Source: an uncultured Clostridium sp.
GTDB lineage: Bacteria > Bacillota > Clostridia > TANB77 > CAG-508
Direction: 5' to 3'
Assembly (NCBI GenBank): GCA_947653235.1
Contig: CANTGH010000002.1
Span: 11,155-75,154, forward strand
DNA: 64,000 bases
The notes under the pieces were generated by a model. The model ran no database searches. It was not told where the DNA came from and saw nothing but the letters and a program-made list of their open reading frames with translations. Below, piece by piece: positions 21,982 to 30,951 of the stretch. Made by a program: the position numbers and the translations under genes. How positions within the stretch are numbered: position 1 is the first letter of the stretch; every line of letters starts with the position of its first letter.

Positions 21982-23190
21982 GTGAAAAAATTTATTAAAG
22001 TTAATGGTATAATTTTAGTAATATTTTCATGTATTGTATTTCCAACTTTTGCACAGGAAGAGACAGAAAACAAAGATCGTGTTGAACAATTAGAAGAACA
22101 AAGACAAACGCTAGAACAACAAACAGAAACATTTAGTTCACAATTGCAATTTGTAAATGAAGAATTATCCGCAACAGTTATTGAAATATCGGAATTAACT
22201 CAAAGTATTTATGAGAAACAAACACAAATAGAAGAATTAACTGCAAAATCAGAACAATTAACAAACAAAATTGAAACAGTTGAAAATAGATTAAGTCAAG
22301 TGACACAAAATTATGTGGAACAAAAAGAATTATTAGAAAAAAGATTAGTTGCTATGTATGAAATGGGAGATACTTCGTATTTGGATTTATTACTAAGCTC
22401 AAAAGGAATTTCCAATTTTCTATCTAATTATTATTACATTTCCGAAATAACAACAACTGATGCAGAATTACTGGATATTGTAAAAGTTCAAAAAGAAGAT
22501 ATGGAAAATCTGGTAAACACTTTAACACAGACGGAGGAAGAACTAGAAAAAGCAAAATCAGATTTAGAAAAAGCAACCATTGCCATTTCGAATATGGTGC
22601 TTATAAAAAATCAAAGGGTTCAGAATTTAACCGAAGAAGAACTGTTTTTGCAACAGCAAGTAGAAGAATATCAAACACAAATTCAACAAGTAGAAGCAGA
22701 AATTCGTTTATTATCGCTTGCAAGTGACAATTCAGAATATGTTGGTGGAATTTTTGCCTGGCCAGTTCCTGGTTATATGAGAATAAGTTCGCAATTTGGA
22801 ATGAGAACGCATCCAATTACTGGTGTGTATAAACTTCATACAGGAACAGATATTAGTGCTCCATTTGGTGCGACTTTTGTGGTAGCTAATGATGGAATAG
22901 TAGTCAAAGCAGGGTTTAATACAGCTTATGGAAATATGGTTATAGTAGACCATGGTGGAGGAATTTCTACTTTATATGCTCATGGTTCTGAGATTTTAGT
23001 AGAAGTGGGACAAACCATCACACAAGGAACACCAGTTTTAAAAGTAGGTTCAACTGGTTATTCGACTGGACCACATGCACATTTTGAAATCAGAGTTGAG
23101 GGAGAATATGTTAATCCATTAGATTATTTATCGCAAAACGAAAATACTGTACAAACTGAGACAGAAATGGTTCAATTAGATAGTAAATAA
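21982..23190 (+). CDS. Coiled-coil M23 (LytM) peptidoglycan endopeptidase, EnvC / FtsEX-partner type
   Basis: GTG start after GGAGG. Signal/TM segment, long coiled coil, C-terminal M23 domain (HTGTD...HGGG...GPHAHFE). Confidence 0.7.
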   Translation: MKKFIKVNGIILVIFSCIVFPTFAQEETENKDRVEQLEEQRQTLEQQTETFSSQLQFVNEELSATVIEISELTQSIYEKQTQIEELTAKSEQLTNKIETVENRLSQVTQNYVEQKELLEKRLVAMYEMGDTSYLDLLLSSKGISNFLSNYYYISEITTTDAELLDIVKVQKEDMENLVNTLTQTEEELEKAKSDLEKATIAISNMVLIKNQRVQNLTEEELFLQQQVEEYQTQIQQVEAEIRLLSLASDNSEYVGGIFAWPVPGYMRISSQFGMRTHPITGVYKLHTGTDISAPFGATFVVANDGIVVKAGFNTAYGNMVIVDHGGGISTLYAHGSEILVEVGQTITQGTPVLKVGSTGYSTGPHAHFEIRVEGEYVNPLDYLSQNENTVQTETEMVQLDSK

Positions 23191-23214
23191 GAAAATAAAT
23201 CATAGGAGGAAATT

Positions 23215-24450
23215 ATGAAAATTAATAATTTAAAGAAAATGGAATATATTAGTATTACCATATTAATTATGACATTGCTTTCAAATGTGTTAGTAGCTTA
23301 TGCAAGTCAAAAGTCGGATTTGCAAAGTGAGCAAAGTAGTATTGATAAACAAATTGAGGAAACCAATTCTGAAATTGCTGGAGTAAAATCACAAATGAGT
23401 GATGCCTTAAATCAAATTAATAAATATAATTCACAAATTGGAACCTATGAAAATGAAATTGGTGATTTGCAATCTCAAATTTCAACACTACAAACCCAAA
23501 TCAAAGAAAAAGAAGGAAATATCGAAGAACAACAAAAAAAATATGTAGAACAGCAAGAGTTATTAAACAAACGATTAGTAGCATTATATGAAAGTGGAAC
23601 AACTTCCTATTTAGATATGTTACTTAGCTCAGATGGATTAGCTGATTTTATTTCGAAATACTATATTATCGAACAACTAACAGAATATGACACAGAATTA
23701 TTAAAAAATATTGAAGCAACAAAAGCACAAATTCAAACTGAAAAAACGGAGCTAGAAAGCTCAAAATCACAAGTTGAGACATCCAAATCAACAGTGGAAA
23801 CAAAACGAAATTCTCTAACCGTTTTGGTGAATGAGAAAAATTCTTTAGTTGGTACTTTATCGGCAGAAGAACAAGAATTACAAGCACAACTGGAAGAATT
23901 TGAACAAGATAAAAAAGATATTCAAAGACAATTGGCAGCTATTGCAGCACAAGAAGAAGCAGAAAGGAAAGCAGCAGCGGCTAGAGCAGCCCAAAAGAAT
24001 GGTTCAGGAAATGCAGACACAACACCAACAGCACCAAGTATATCTGGATTTATCAGCCCTTTATCAGGAAGAACCAAAAGTGATATTACAACAGGTTATT
24101 ATGGTTATTCAGGGCACACAGGAGTCGATTTTGCACGAAATAAAAAAGGTGCAGTAGATGGAAATCCAGTATTGGCTGCTAAATCAGGCAAAGTCATCAC
24201 ATCGACTGCTTTAAGGCGTCCGAATGGAAGTTATAAAAGTTATGGAGAGTACATAGTTATTAGTCATGGAGATGGTACTATGACATTATATGCACACATG
24301 AAATCAAGAGTTGTAAGCCAAAATGCTCAAGTAAGTCAAGGTCAAGTTATAGGGTATGTTGGCTCAACTGGAAATTCCACGGGACCACATTTGCATTTTG
24401 AAGTTTGGTTAAATGGAAAAAGAGTTAATCCAACACAATATTTACCATAA
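23215..24450 (+). CDS. Second coiled-coil M23 peptidoglycan endopeptidase (paralog)
   Basis: Same architecture as the preceding gene; M23 motifs HTGVD...GPHLHFE. Confidence 0.7.
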   Translation: MKINNLKKMEYISITILIMTLLSNVLVAYASQKSDLQSEQSSIDKQIEETNSEIAGVKSQMSDALNQINKYNSQIGTYENEIGDLQSQISTLQTQIKEKEGNIEEQQKKYVEQQELLNKRLVALYESGTTSYLDMLLSSDGLADFISKYYIIEQLTEYDTELLKNIEATKAQIQTEKTELESSKSQVETSKSTVETKRNSLTVLVNEKNSLVGTLSAEEQELQAQLEEFEQDKKDIQRQLAAIAAQEEAERKAAAARAAQKNGSGNADTTPTAPSISGFISPLSGRTKSDITTGYYGYSGHTGVDFARNKKGAVDGNPVLAAKSGKVITSTALRRPNGSYKSYGEYIVISHGDGTMTLYAHMKSRVVSQNAQVSQGQVIGYVGSTGNSTGPHLHFEVWLNGKRVNPTQYLP

Positions 24451-24472
24451 CAAAAAGAGAAAGGAAATAAGA

Positions 24473-25684
24473 ATGGGATCGTATGAAAGAAAACAATTAA
24501 TTTATAAATTTATATTAGGACTTGTATTTGTAGCATGTCTGACAGCTGTTATAACATTTTATGCAACTTCTGGCATAGTAGGGCAAAGCGATTTTCCCAA
24601 AATAAGAGAAGTAGGCGAAGACTCAAAAGAAAATATCAATACAATTGCGACATCCTTAAAAGATTTTAGAAAATTAATTGATCAATATTATATTGGTGAT
24701 ATTGATGAACAAAAAGTGATGGATGAAACCATAAAAGGTTATATTAATGGTTTAGATGATGAATATTCAGAATATATGACAGCTGAAGAATGGGAAGAAT
24801 ATCAAATCAATACATTAGGAAATTATGTGGGAATTGGTATTTATATGGCACAAGATAATAATAATAATATTGTTGTAGTAGAACCGATTGAAGAATCTCC
24901 AGCAGCAGAAGTTGGATTAAAAGCAGGTGATTTAATTGTAGAAGTCGATGGAGAAAATGTGACAGGGCAAGATTCGGCAATGGTTTCTTCTAAAATTAAA
25001 GGTCAAGAAGGCACAAGTGTCAATTTAAAAATTAACCGAGATAGCCAATATATGGATATGAATGTAGAAAGAAAAGCGATTAAAGTATATCATGTCAAAA
25101 ATCAAATGTTAGAAAATAATGTAGGATATATCAAACTTGCTACTTTTGATGAAGGTTGTAGCAATGAATTTCAAAACGCTTTTGAAGAATTACAAAAACA
25201 AGGGGCGCAAAAACTAATTCTTGATTTGAGGGATAATACAGGAGGATTAGTTGATGAAGCACTAAATATTGCAGATATGATGGTTCCCAAAGATAAAACG
25301 ATGTTAATCACAAAAGATGCGAAAGAAAACAAAGAAATAACAACAGCCAAACAAGAAGCCATAATCGATATGGATATAGTTGTTCTTGTGAACGAATATT
25401 CAGCAAGTGCTTCTGAAATATTGGTTGGTTGTTTGAAAGACAATCAAGAGGCTACAGTGGTTGGAAAAACAACTTATGGAAAAGGTGTTATTCAAAATGT
25501 ATTTTCTTTATCAGACGGAAGTGTTTTAAAACTTACTACAGCAGAATATTTTACACCCAATGAGACAAAAATCAATAAAGAAGGTATTAAACCAGATATT
25601 GAGATAGATTTAATAGATGAACCAGAAGGGCAAGAAGAAATAGATGAACAATTGAATAAAGCGTTAGAAGTGATAAATCAATAG
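24473..25684 (+). CDS. ctpA: Carboxy-terminal processing protease (S41 family, PDZ domain)
   Basis: PDZ (GLKAGDLIVEVDG) and S41 catalytic region (SASASE...TYGKG). Confidence 0.8.
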   Translation: MGSYERKQLIYKFILGLVFVACLTAVITFYATSGIVGQSDFPKIREVGEDSKENINTIATSLKDFRKLIDQYYIGDIDEQKVMDETIKGYINGLDDEYSEYMTAEEWEEYQINTLGNYVGIGIYMAQDNNNNIVVVEPIEESPAAEVGLKAGDLIVEVDGENVTGQDSAMVSSKIKGQEGTSVNLKINRDSQYMDMNVERKAIKVYHVKNQMLENNVGYIKLATFDEGCSNEFQNAFEELQKQGAQKLILDLRDNTGGLVDEALNIADMMVPKDKTMLITKDAKENKEITTAKQEAIIDMDIVVLVNEYSASASEILVGCLKDNQEATVVGKTTYGKGVIQNVFSLSDGSVLKLTTAEYFTPNETKINKEGIKPDIEIDLIDEPEGQEEIDEQLNKALEVINQ

Positions 25685-25692
25685 AAAAAAGG

Positions 25693-25745
25693 AACAAGTT
25701 CTCATCAGAAGGATATTTTGGATGAGAACTTACTTTTTTAGAAAA
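25693..25745 (+). terminator. Rho-independent terminator after ctpA
   Basis: aagttctcatc...gatgagaactt hairpin followed by a T-run. Confidence 0.45.
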
Positions 25746-25891
25746 GAATACATAAAAAATTAAAATTAACTATTGACTTTTTGAAAATATTTTGTTATAG
25801 TAATATTATTCTAAAACAACATGGGGATTGTTGAAGAAATTAATTTTTGCAATGAAAATGAAGTTTCATGGTTGAAAATTTTATATTTTAT

Positions 25892-25965
25892 GCAGGTATA
25901 GTTTAGTGGTAAAATAAAACCTTGCCAAGGTTTAGTTACGAGTTCGATTCTCGTTACCTGCTCCA
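25892..25965 (+). tRNA. tRNA-Gly (anticodon GCC)
   Basis: Cloverleaf folded by hand: acceptor GCAGGTA/TACCTGC, anticodon loop TTGCCAA, T-loop TTCGATT, CCA encoded. Confidence 0.85.
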
Positions 25966-26034
25966 ATAGGGAAGTTCTTGTATTAGAAAATAGTCTAGTA
26001 TGGGGGCTTTTTAAGTTGTGTTTTTTGTAAAAAC

Positions 26035-26063
26035 TTGACAATTTTATGTAAATGTGGTATAAT
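26035..26063 (+). promoter_or_regulatory. Cassette promoter TTGACA-17-TATAAT (spacer attttatgtaaatgtgg)
   Basis: Perfect consensus hexamers. Lies inside the roughly 100-bp conserved post-core segment. Confidence 0.55.
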
Positions 26064-26116
26064 AAAATAAGGATAATTATATTGTAAAATAGAAAATAAA
26101 GAAAGGAGACATAATT

Positions 26117-26584
26117 ATGTCAAAATTTACAGTTTATATTAATTCAGACCATTTTCAGTACTTGGTGAATTTAGTGCACATGTATGACCATGAACGGTTT
26201 GTCTGCTTAATGGGAAATGTAGAAAAGATTGACGACAGAAATGCCATCGTTATTAAGGAAATGCAGGTTTTGGACGATAACGATTACGAGGGTATGTATA
26301 CAACACTCTGCAGACCTAAAAAGTCTGTTATCGAACAAATGATGCAGAGACTGAAGCAAAAAAAGTATTCGGTTTATATCGAGTACCATACACATCCGTT
26401 GGATTACCCGCATTTTTCTGAAACAGATAAAGTGGATGAAAAGAAGATGTGGAATTGGTTCCACACAGTGTTTCCAAATAAGTACTATGGAAATATGGTG
26501 CTGGATATCAATGCTTGTGGGCAGTCAGTCATTAGAGATTGGCATAATGGAGAATTGCAAGAATTCGACGTTATTCCATATTAA
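26117..26584 (+). CDS. JAB/MPN+ (JAMM) metalloprotease-like protein, RadC-like
   Basis: EYHTHPLDYPHFSETD matches the H-x-H-x7-S-x2-D JAMM motif. RBS AAAGGAGA. Cargo gene of cassette 1. Confidence 0.55.
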   Translation: MSKFTVYINSDHFQYLVNLVHMYDHERFVCLMGNVEKIDDRNAIVIKEMQVLDDNDYEGMYTTLCRPKKSVIEQMMQRLKQKKYSVYIEYHTHPLDYPHFSETDKVDEKKMWNWFHTVFPNKYYGNMVLDINACGQSVIRDWHNGELQEFDVIPY

Positions 26585-26724
26585 ATACCAAGAGGGGATA
26601 TATCAATTGATAGTCTCCTTTTTGGTTATAAGAAATTATATTTTAAAACTTATTTACTCAAATTTGGTATAATTTTATACCATAAATAACCACCTGCATA
26701 TTATTCATTTAATTAGTAACAATT

Positions 26725-26999
26725 AACCTCAATATAGATAATCAATTCTATGCCTAGTAATCACTTAAAAAATTCCCTTTCTACCACTCAAAATTATAGA
26801 ATGCATGAGTGATGCATACAAAATGCATGTGTCTTAAAATCCGTATGATACGAGAAATAATAGAGAGTTCAAGCCCCAATTACCCCAAAATTTGAGAAAA
26901 ATACCTTGTAAATGCATTGTAATTCTAGTAGTATAATTTTCTTTAAAGCAGAAATAGCAAGGTTATGATGTCTTACAGACAAATTACCTGCTCCAATAG
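26725..26999 (+). repeat. Conserved cassette end-block, copy A (about 275 bp, ends in the tRNA-3' core)
   Basis: Highly similar (an estimated 80-85% identity) to 27923-28205. Contains ATGCAT palindromes and a degenerate tRNA-like stretch (gcagaaatagcaaggtt...ttacctgctcca). Confidence 0.6.
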
Positions 27000-27063
27000 G
27001 GAAGTCATTGTATTAGAAAGAAGTCTAGTATGATGGCTTTTTTGTTGTGTTTTTTGTAAAAAC

Positions 27064-27092
27064 TTGATAATTTTATGTAAATATAGTATAAT
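27064..27092 (+). promoter_or_regulatory. Cassette promoter TTGATA-17-TATAAT
   Basis: Second copy of the post-core promoter module (spacer attttatgtaaatatag). Confidence 0.5.
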
Positions 27093-27165
27093 ATAAATAG
27101 ATTAAGTGCTAAGTGCTAAGTGCCTTTATCTGATAATCTACTATAAAATTTTAGGAGGTATTATT

Positions 27166-27750
27166 ATGCGGAGAAAGATTGATGAACTGTTAGCAAAATG
27201 CAAGGCAGTACCTTTTTCAGAACCAGTTTTCTACAAAAAGCCACTTGAAGAAGATGCTTTCTACAAAGTAATGCATCAGCAATTCAAGTTTCCCAGTGGT
27301 GATGTTATTAGACGCGAGTTTATGACAAAGAATCCAGCAGCAGTAGTTGTACCTGTGACAGCTGACGGAAATGTTGTCTGTGTAATCCAGCCAATAGCTT
27401 TGTCAGCGGAAGGCTCTCTTATTGAAGTTCCAGCAGGATATGCAGAAGACAATGAGAATTCTGCTCAGACCGCTATGAGAGAACTGGTCGAAGAGACAGG
27501 GTATGTTCCAGTTGAAGTCAAATATCTTGGTAAGCATTATCAGGATCCGGGCAGTATCAAAGAACCTGTAAATGTTTTTGTTGCACTGGGATGTGACAGA
27601 AAACATGAACAGAAACTTGATAAGGATGAATTTATCACAACCTTGGAAATTCCTAAGGATGAGGTAAAAAGCTTGATGGATGAAGGCGAGATTAAGGATG
27701 CTAATACGTTTATTGCATTGGCAAAGGCTCGACTGGCAAACTACATTTAA
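27166..27750 (+). CDS. NUDIX hydrolase (ADP-ribose pyrophosphatase-like)
   Basis: Nudix box GYAEDNENSAQTAMRELVEETGY. GGAGG RBS before ATG 27166. Cargo gene of cassette 2. Confidence 0.7.
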   Translation: MRRKIDELLAKCKAVPFSEPVFYKKPLEEDAFYKVMHQQFKFPSGDVIRREFMTKNPAAVVVPVTADGNVVCVIQPIALSAEGSLIEVPAGYAEDNENSAQTAMRELVEETGYVPVEVKYLGKHYQDPGSIKEPVNVFVALGCDRKHEQKLDKDEFITTLEIPKDEVKSLMDEGEIKDANTFIALAKARLANYI

Positions 27751-27922
27751 CTATTTTTCATTAACCGCAAAAAGGGAGACTGTAGTACGACATTGTGTTG
27801 TGCCACAGTTTTCTTTTTATAGTAAAAAGAAGTTAAATTTTGAAACTGCTTTACTCATAATTTGCTCATTTTAGTATATAACTAACAGTTTATTTATTAT
27901 TTATATAGTAAATAAAGAACAG

Positions 27923-28205
27923 TAACAATTAACTCCAAAATAGATAATTACTCCTATAGGCAATAATCAATCAAAAAAATTCTTTTCTACCACTCAAAAT
28001 TATAGAATGCTATTTGTGATGCATTAAAAATGCATATGTTTTAAATTCCGATGATACGAGAAATAATAGGAAGTTTAACTCAAAATTACCTAAAAATTTA
28101 AGAAAAATACCTTGTAAATGCGTTGAAGTTCTGTTATATATGAATTGTTTAAGGCAAAAATAGCAAACTTGTAATGACCTACAACCCAATTACCTGCTCC
28201 AATAG
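27923..28205 (+). repeat. Conserved cassette end-block, copy B
   Basis: Paralog of 26725-26999. Ends in the third copy of the core ttacctgctccaatag. Confidence 0.6.
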
Positions 28206-28382
28206 AGAAGTCATTCTATTAGAAAAAAGTCTAGTGTGGTGAATTTTTATTATTATATCAATAATATCTATACCAAGCCACCCAAAGGGTGTCTATTATT
28301 ATGTTCGAAGTAAAAAAAGAAAGATATATATAATTAAATTCTATAAAAAAACTATCCATGGTGGTCTGGATAGTTCTCTTCA

Positions 28383-28616
28383 TCAAAATGACATATCATC
28401 AGATATAGTCATAGTATCAGCAATTCTGTCAATATAAGCAGTTATATATAAAGGGGTATCGTCTTCAAGAAAAACGTACAAACAAACCTTTTTATCTCCG
28501 ACATGATTAAATTTAGTGTTTTTAACATTTTTATTGTATTGCTTTTTGATTTCTTCGGATATTTCTCTTATAATCCGCTTTTTTTCACTTGGAAATAAAA
28601 TATTTATACTTATCAT
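28383..28616 (-). CDS. Hypothetical 77-aa protein (cassette 3 cargo, inverted orientation)
   Basis: GGAGG RBS on the minus strand. Consensus promoter TTGACA-17-TATAAT on the minus strand at about 28700-28730. Terminator hairpin ctatccatggtggtctggatag at about 28350-28375. Confidence 0.45.
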   Translation of the reverse strand: MISINILFPSEKKRIIREISEEIKKQYNKNVKNTKFNHVGDKKVCLYVFLEDDTPLYITAYIDRIADTMTISDDMSF

Positions 28617-28825
28617 ATAAAACCTCCTAAATTATTAGTTTGAAATTTATTAAAGCAACCACCATGCAATAATATAATGACTTGATAAAATTCGTCATTA
28701 CCTATATTATATTACATTCAACATAAAATGTCAAATTTTTTTTTCTTATTACTCTTATTTGGCTATTTTAATTATAAATAACCAATCATTTATTTGATGG
28801 CTTTTAGTTGTGTTTTTATAAAAAC

Positions 28826-28854
28826 TTGACATAATCACAAAAATATGATATAAT
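28826..28854 (+). promoter_or_regulatory. Terminal copy of the cassette-type promoter TTGACA-17-TATAAT
   Basis: Near-identical to the ftsE promoter region. Followed by the terminator hairpin at 28882-28913. Confidence 0.45.
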
Positions 28855-28881
28855 AAAAGGTGGGGGAAAAATAAATAAAAA

Positions 28882-28913
28882 AGAAATCATTTTTTAAGTG
28901 ATTTCTTTTTTTT
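28882..28913 (+). terminator. Rho-independent terminator (agaaatca...tgatttct plus T8)
   Basis: 8-bp perfect stem and U-tract, about 25 nt downstream of the promoter at 28826-28854. Confidence 0.45.
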
Positions 28914-29053
28914 AAGAGAAATATGGTAATTTGTCAACCTTGTCATGATAAATTGACGAATTTTGAAAAAAAATAAAAATAGACTTGAAAAATATGTCGA
29001 CTAATGATAGAATAAAACCATTGTTGTAAAGATAGAAAATATGAGGTAAAAAA

Positions 29054-30949
29054 GTGGAAAAAATTAAGAAATTGAGCCGTTATAGAGATATTATATTGAT
29101 AATTTTAGATTGCTTTTGTATTGTATTTGCATATTATTTAGGAACTGTGCTCATCACCGATTCAGTACTTTGTTTTTCAGATTATTATTCCAAGCGATTG
29201 CTAACATCGATTATAGGGTATATTTTCATTTATGAAATCATTTTTCATATTGCCAAAAGGCATAAAAGTATCATTCGTTATGAAGATGGCAAAGATTATA
29301 TTATTTACATTATCTTGTGTTTACTAACTGCTTTAATACTTGCTGTGATGAAAGCAATTTTTCATATCAATGTAGCGACTGTGAAAATGAACCTTTTGGC
29401 GGCGCTTATTATTGCAATGATGATGGTAGCGTATCGCATTGTAGCTAGATATATTTTGGTGAGTGATGTTATCAATAAAGGTTTGCTAACAAAATCCAAT
29501 AAAATCCAGAAAAAGTTGCTTATCATTGGTGCTGGAAATGCGGCTCATGAGATTATTAAGACCATTCATACTAATTTTAAAGAAGATTACGAAATTGTAG
29601 GAATTATTGATGATAATACGAAAAGACTAAATTTTTCAGTTTCAGGAGTTAAAATTATTGGAAATCGAAACGATATTATAAGAATTTGTAAAGAAAACAA
29701 AGTTGATTTGATATTTTTCTCCATTGCGAAAATTGATAATGAAAATAAGAAAGAAATTTTAAATATTTGTCAGCAAACGCAAGTTAAAGTCAGAGTTTTA
29801 CCAGGAATTCGAGAAATTATCAATGATAAAGATATTTTTGATAGTTTACGCGATGTTGAAATCGAGGACATTTTGGGAAGAGAAGCAGTAAAATTAGATA
29901 ATGAAAATATTGAGCAATTGCTTCATAACAAAACGATTTTAGTCACAGGCGGTGGCGGTTCAATTGGGTCGGAGCTGTGTCGACAAATTGTGAAATATAA
30001 GCCAGAAAAATTGGTGATTTTGGATATTTATGAAAATAGTTTATATGATGTTGAACTTGAGTTAAAAATGAAATATCCTCAAATTAAGATTGACGCTGTG
30101 ATAGCGAGTGTTCGTGATAAAAAACGTTTGACTGAAATTTTTCGAACGTATCATCCAGATTTAGTGTTTCATGCAGCGGCTCATAAACATGTTCCGTTAA
30201 TGGAAAATAGTCCATTGGAGGCCATTAAAAATAATGTGTTTGGAACCTATAACGTAGTCAATAGTTGCGATGAGTTTCAGGTGAAAAAGTTTATTTTGAT
30301 TTCGACCGACAAAGCAGTTAATCCAACGAATATCATGGGGGCGACGAAAAGAATGTGCGAAATGTTGGTACAAGCCAAAAATAAAGTTAGCCAAACAGAA
30401 TATGTTGCGGTTCGTTTTGGCAATGTTTTGGGAAGCAATGGATCGGTTGTGCCGTTGTTTAAGAAACAAATTGCCAAAGGTGGACCAGTCACTGTGACAG
30501 ACAAAGAAATTACGCGCTTTTTTATGACCATTCCAGAAGCGGTCGAGTTGGTTTTGCAAGCAATGACTTATGCCAAAGGAGGCGAAATATTTGTCCTTGA
30601 CATGGGAGAGCCTGTGAAGATTTATGATTTAGCAGAAAGTTTGATTAAGTTATCTGGATTGGTACCAAATCGAGATATTAAAATTGAAATAACGGGCTTA
30701 AGACCAGGTGAGAAGTTGTATGAAGAAATTTTGATGAACGAAGAAGGACTTGAAAAAACAAGACATGACAAAATTTTCGTAGCAGAACCGATGGAGATTA
30801 CGATGGAAGAGATTGTGGAAAAGTTGGGTAAATTTGAGGAGTTGTTGGAGAGGAAAGCTATTTCAATCACAGAGGTAAAGCAAACGATGAAACAAATTGT
30901 ACCGACGTTTCAAGAGCCCAATCATGTCAATGAAAGGAAAGAAGAATAG
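29054..30949 (+). CDS. Membrane-bound UDP-sugar 4,6-dehydratase (CapD/PglF/WbpM family)
   Basis: N-terminal TM region plus Rossmann motifs (IIGAGNAA and TGGGGSIGSEL) and an SDR-extended catalytic domain. Confidence 0.8.
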   Translation: MEKIKKLSRYRDIILIILDCFCIVFAYYLGTVLITDSVLCFSDYYSKRLLTSIIGYIFIYEIIFHIAKRHKSIIRYEDGKDYIIYIILCLLTALILAVMKAIFHINVATVKMNLLAALIIAMMMVAYRIVARYILVSDVINKGLLTKSNKIQKKLLIIGAGNAAHEIIKTIHTNFKEDYEIVGIIDDNTKRLNFSVSGVKIIGNRNDIIRICKENKVDLIFFSIAKIDNENKKEILNICQQTQVKVRVLPGIREIINDKDIFDSLRDVEIEDILGREAVKLDNENIEQLLHNKTILVTGGGGSIGSELCRQIVKYKPEKLVILDIYENSLYDVELELKMKYPQIKIDAVIASVRDKKRLTEIFRTYHPDLVFHAAAHKHVPLMENSPLEAIKNNVFGTYNVVNSCDEFQVKKFILISTDKAVNPTNIMGATKRMCEMLVQAKNKVSQTEYVAVRFGNVLGSNGSVVPLFKKQIAKGGPVTVTDKEITRFFMTIPEAVELVLQAMTYAKGGEIFVLDMGEPVKIYDLAESLIKLSGLVPNRDIKIEITGLRPGEKLYEEILMNEEGLEKTRHDKIFVAEPMEITMEEIVEKLGKFEELLERKAISITEVKQTMKQIVPTFQEPNHVNERKEE

Positions 30950-30951
30950 CG

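Larger units (their letters stand above)
25966..28205 (+). mobile_element. Tandem array of at least three integrase-less single-gene cassettes accreted at the 3' end of tRNA-Gly
   Basis: The 16-bp core ttacctgctccaatag occurs three times as a direct repeat: at the tRNA 3' end (25954-25969), at 26984-26999 and at 28190-28205. A conserved segment of about 100 bp follows each core and a conserved block of about 275 bp precedes core copies 2 and 3. Confidence 0.5.

Noticed and set aside
25966-28205. Classical integron
   Set aside because: No intI and no attC-like imperfect inverted repeats. The junctions are tRNA-3'-derived direct repeats with long conserved arms.
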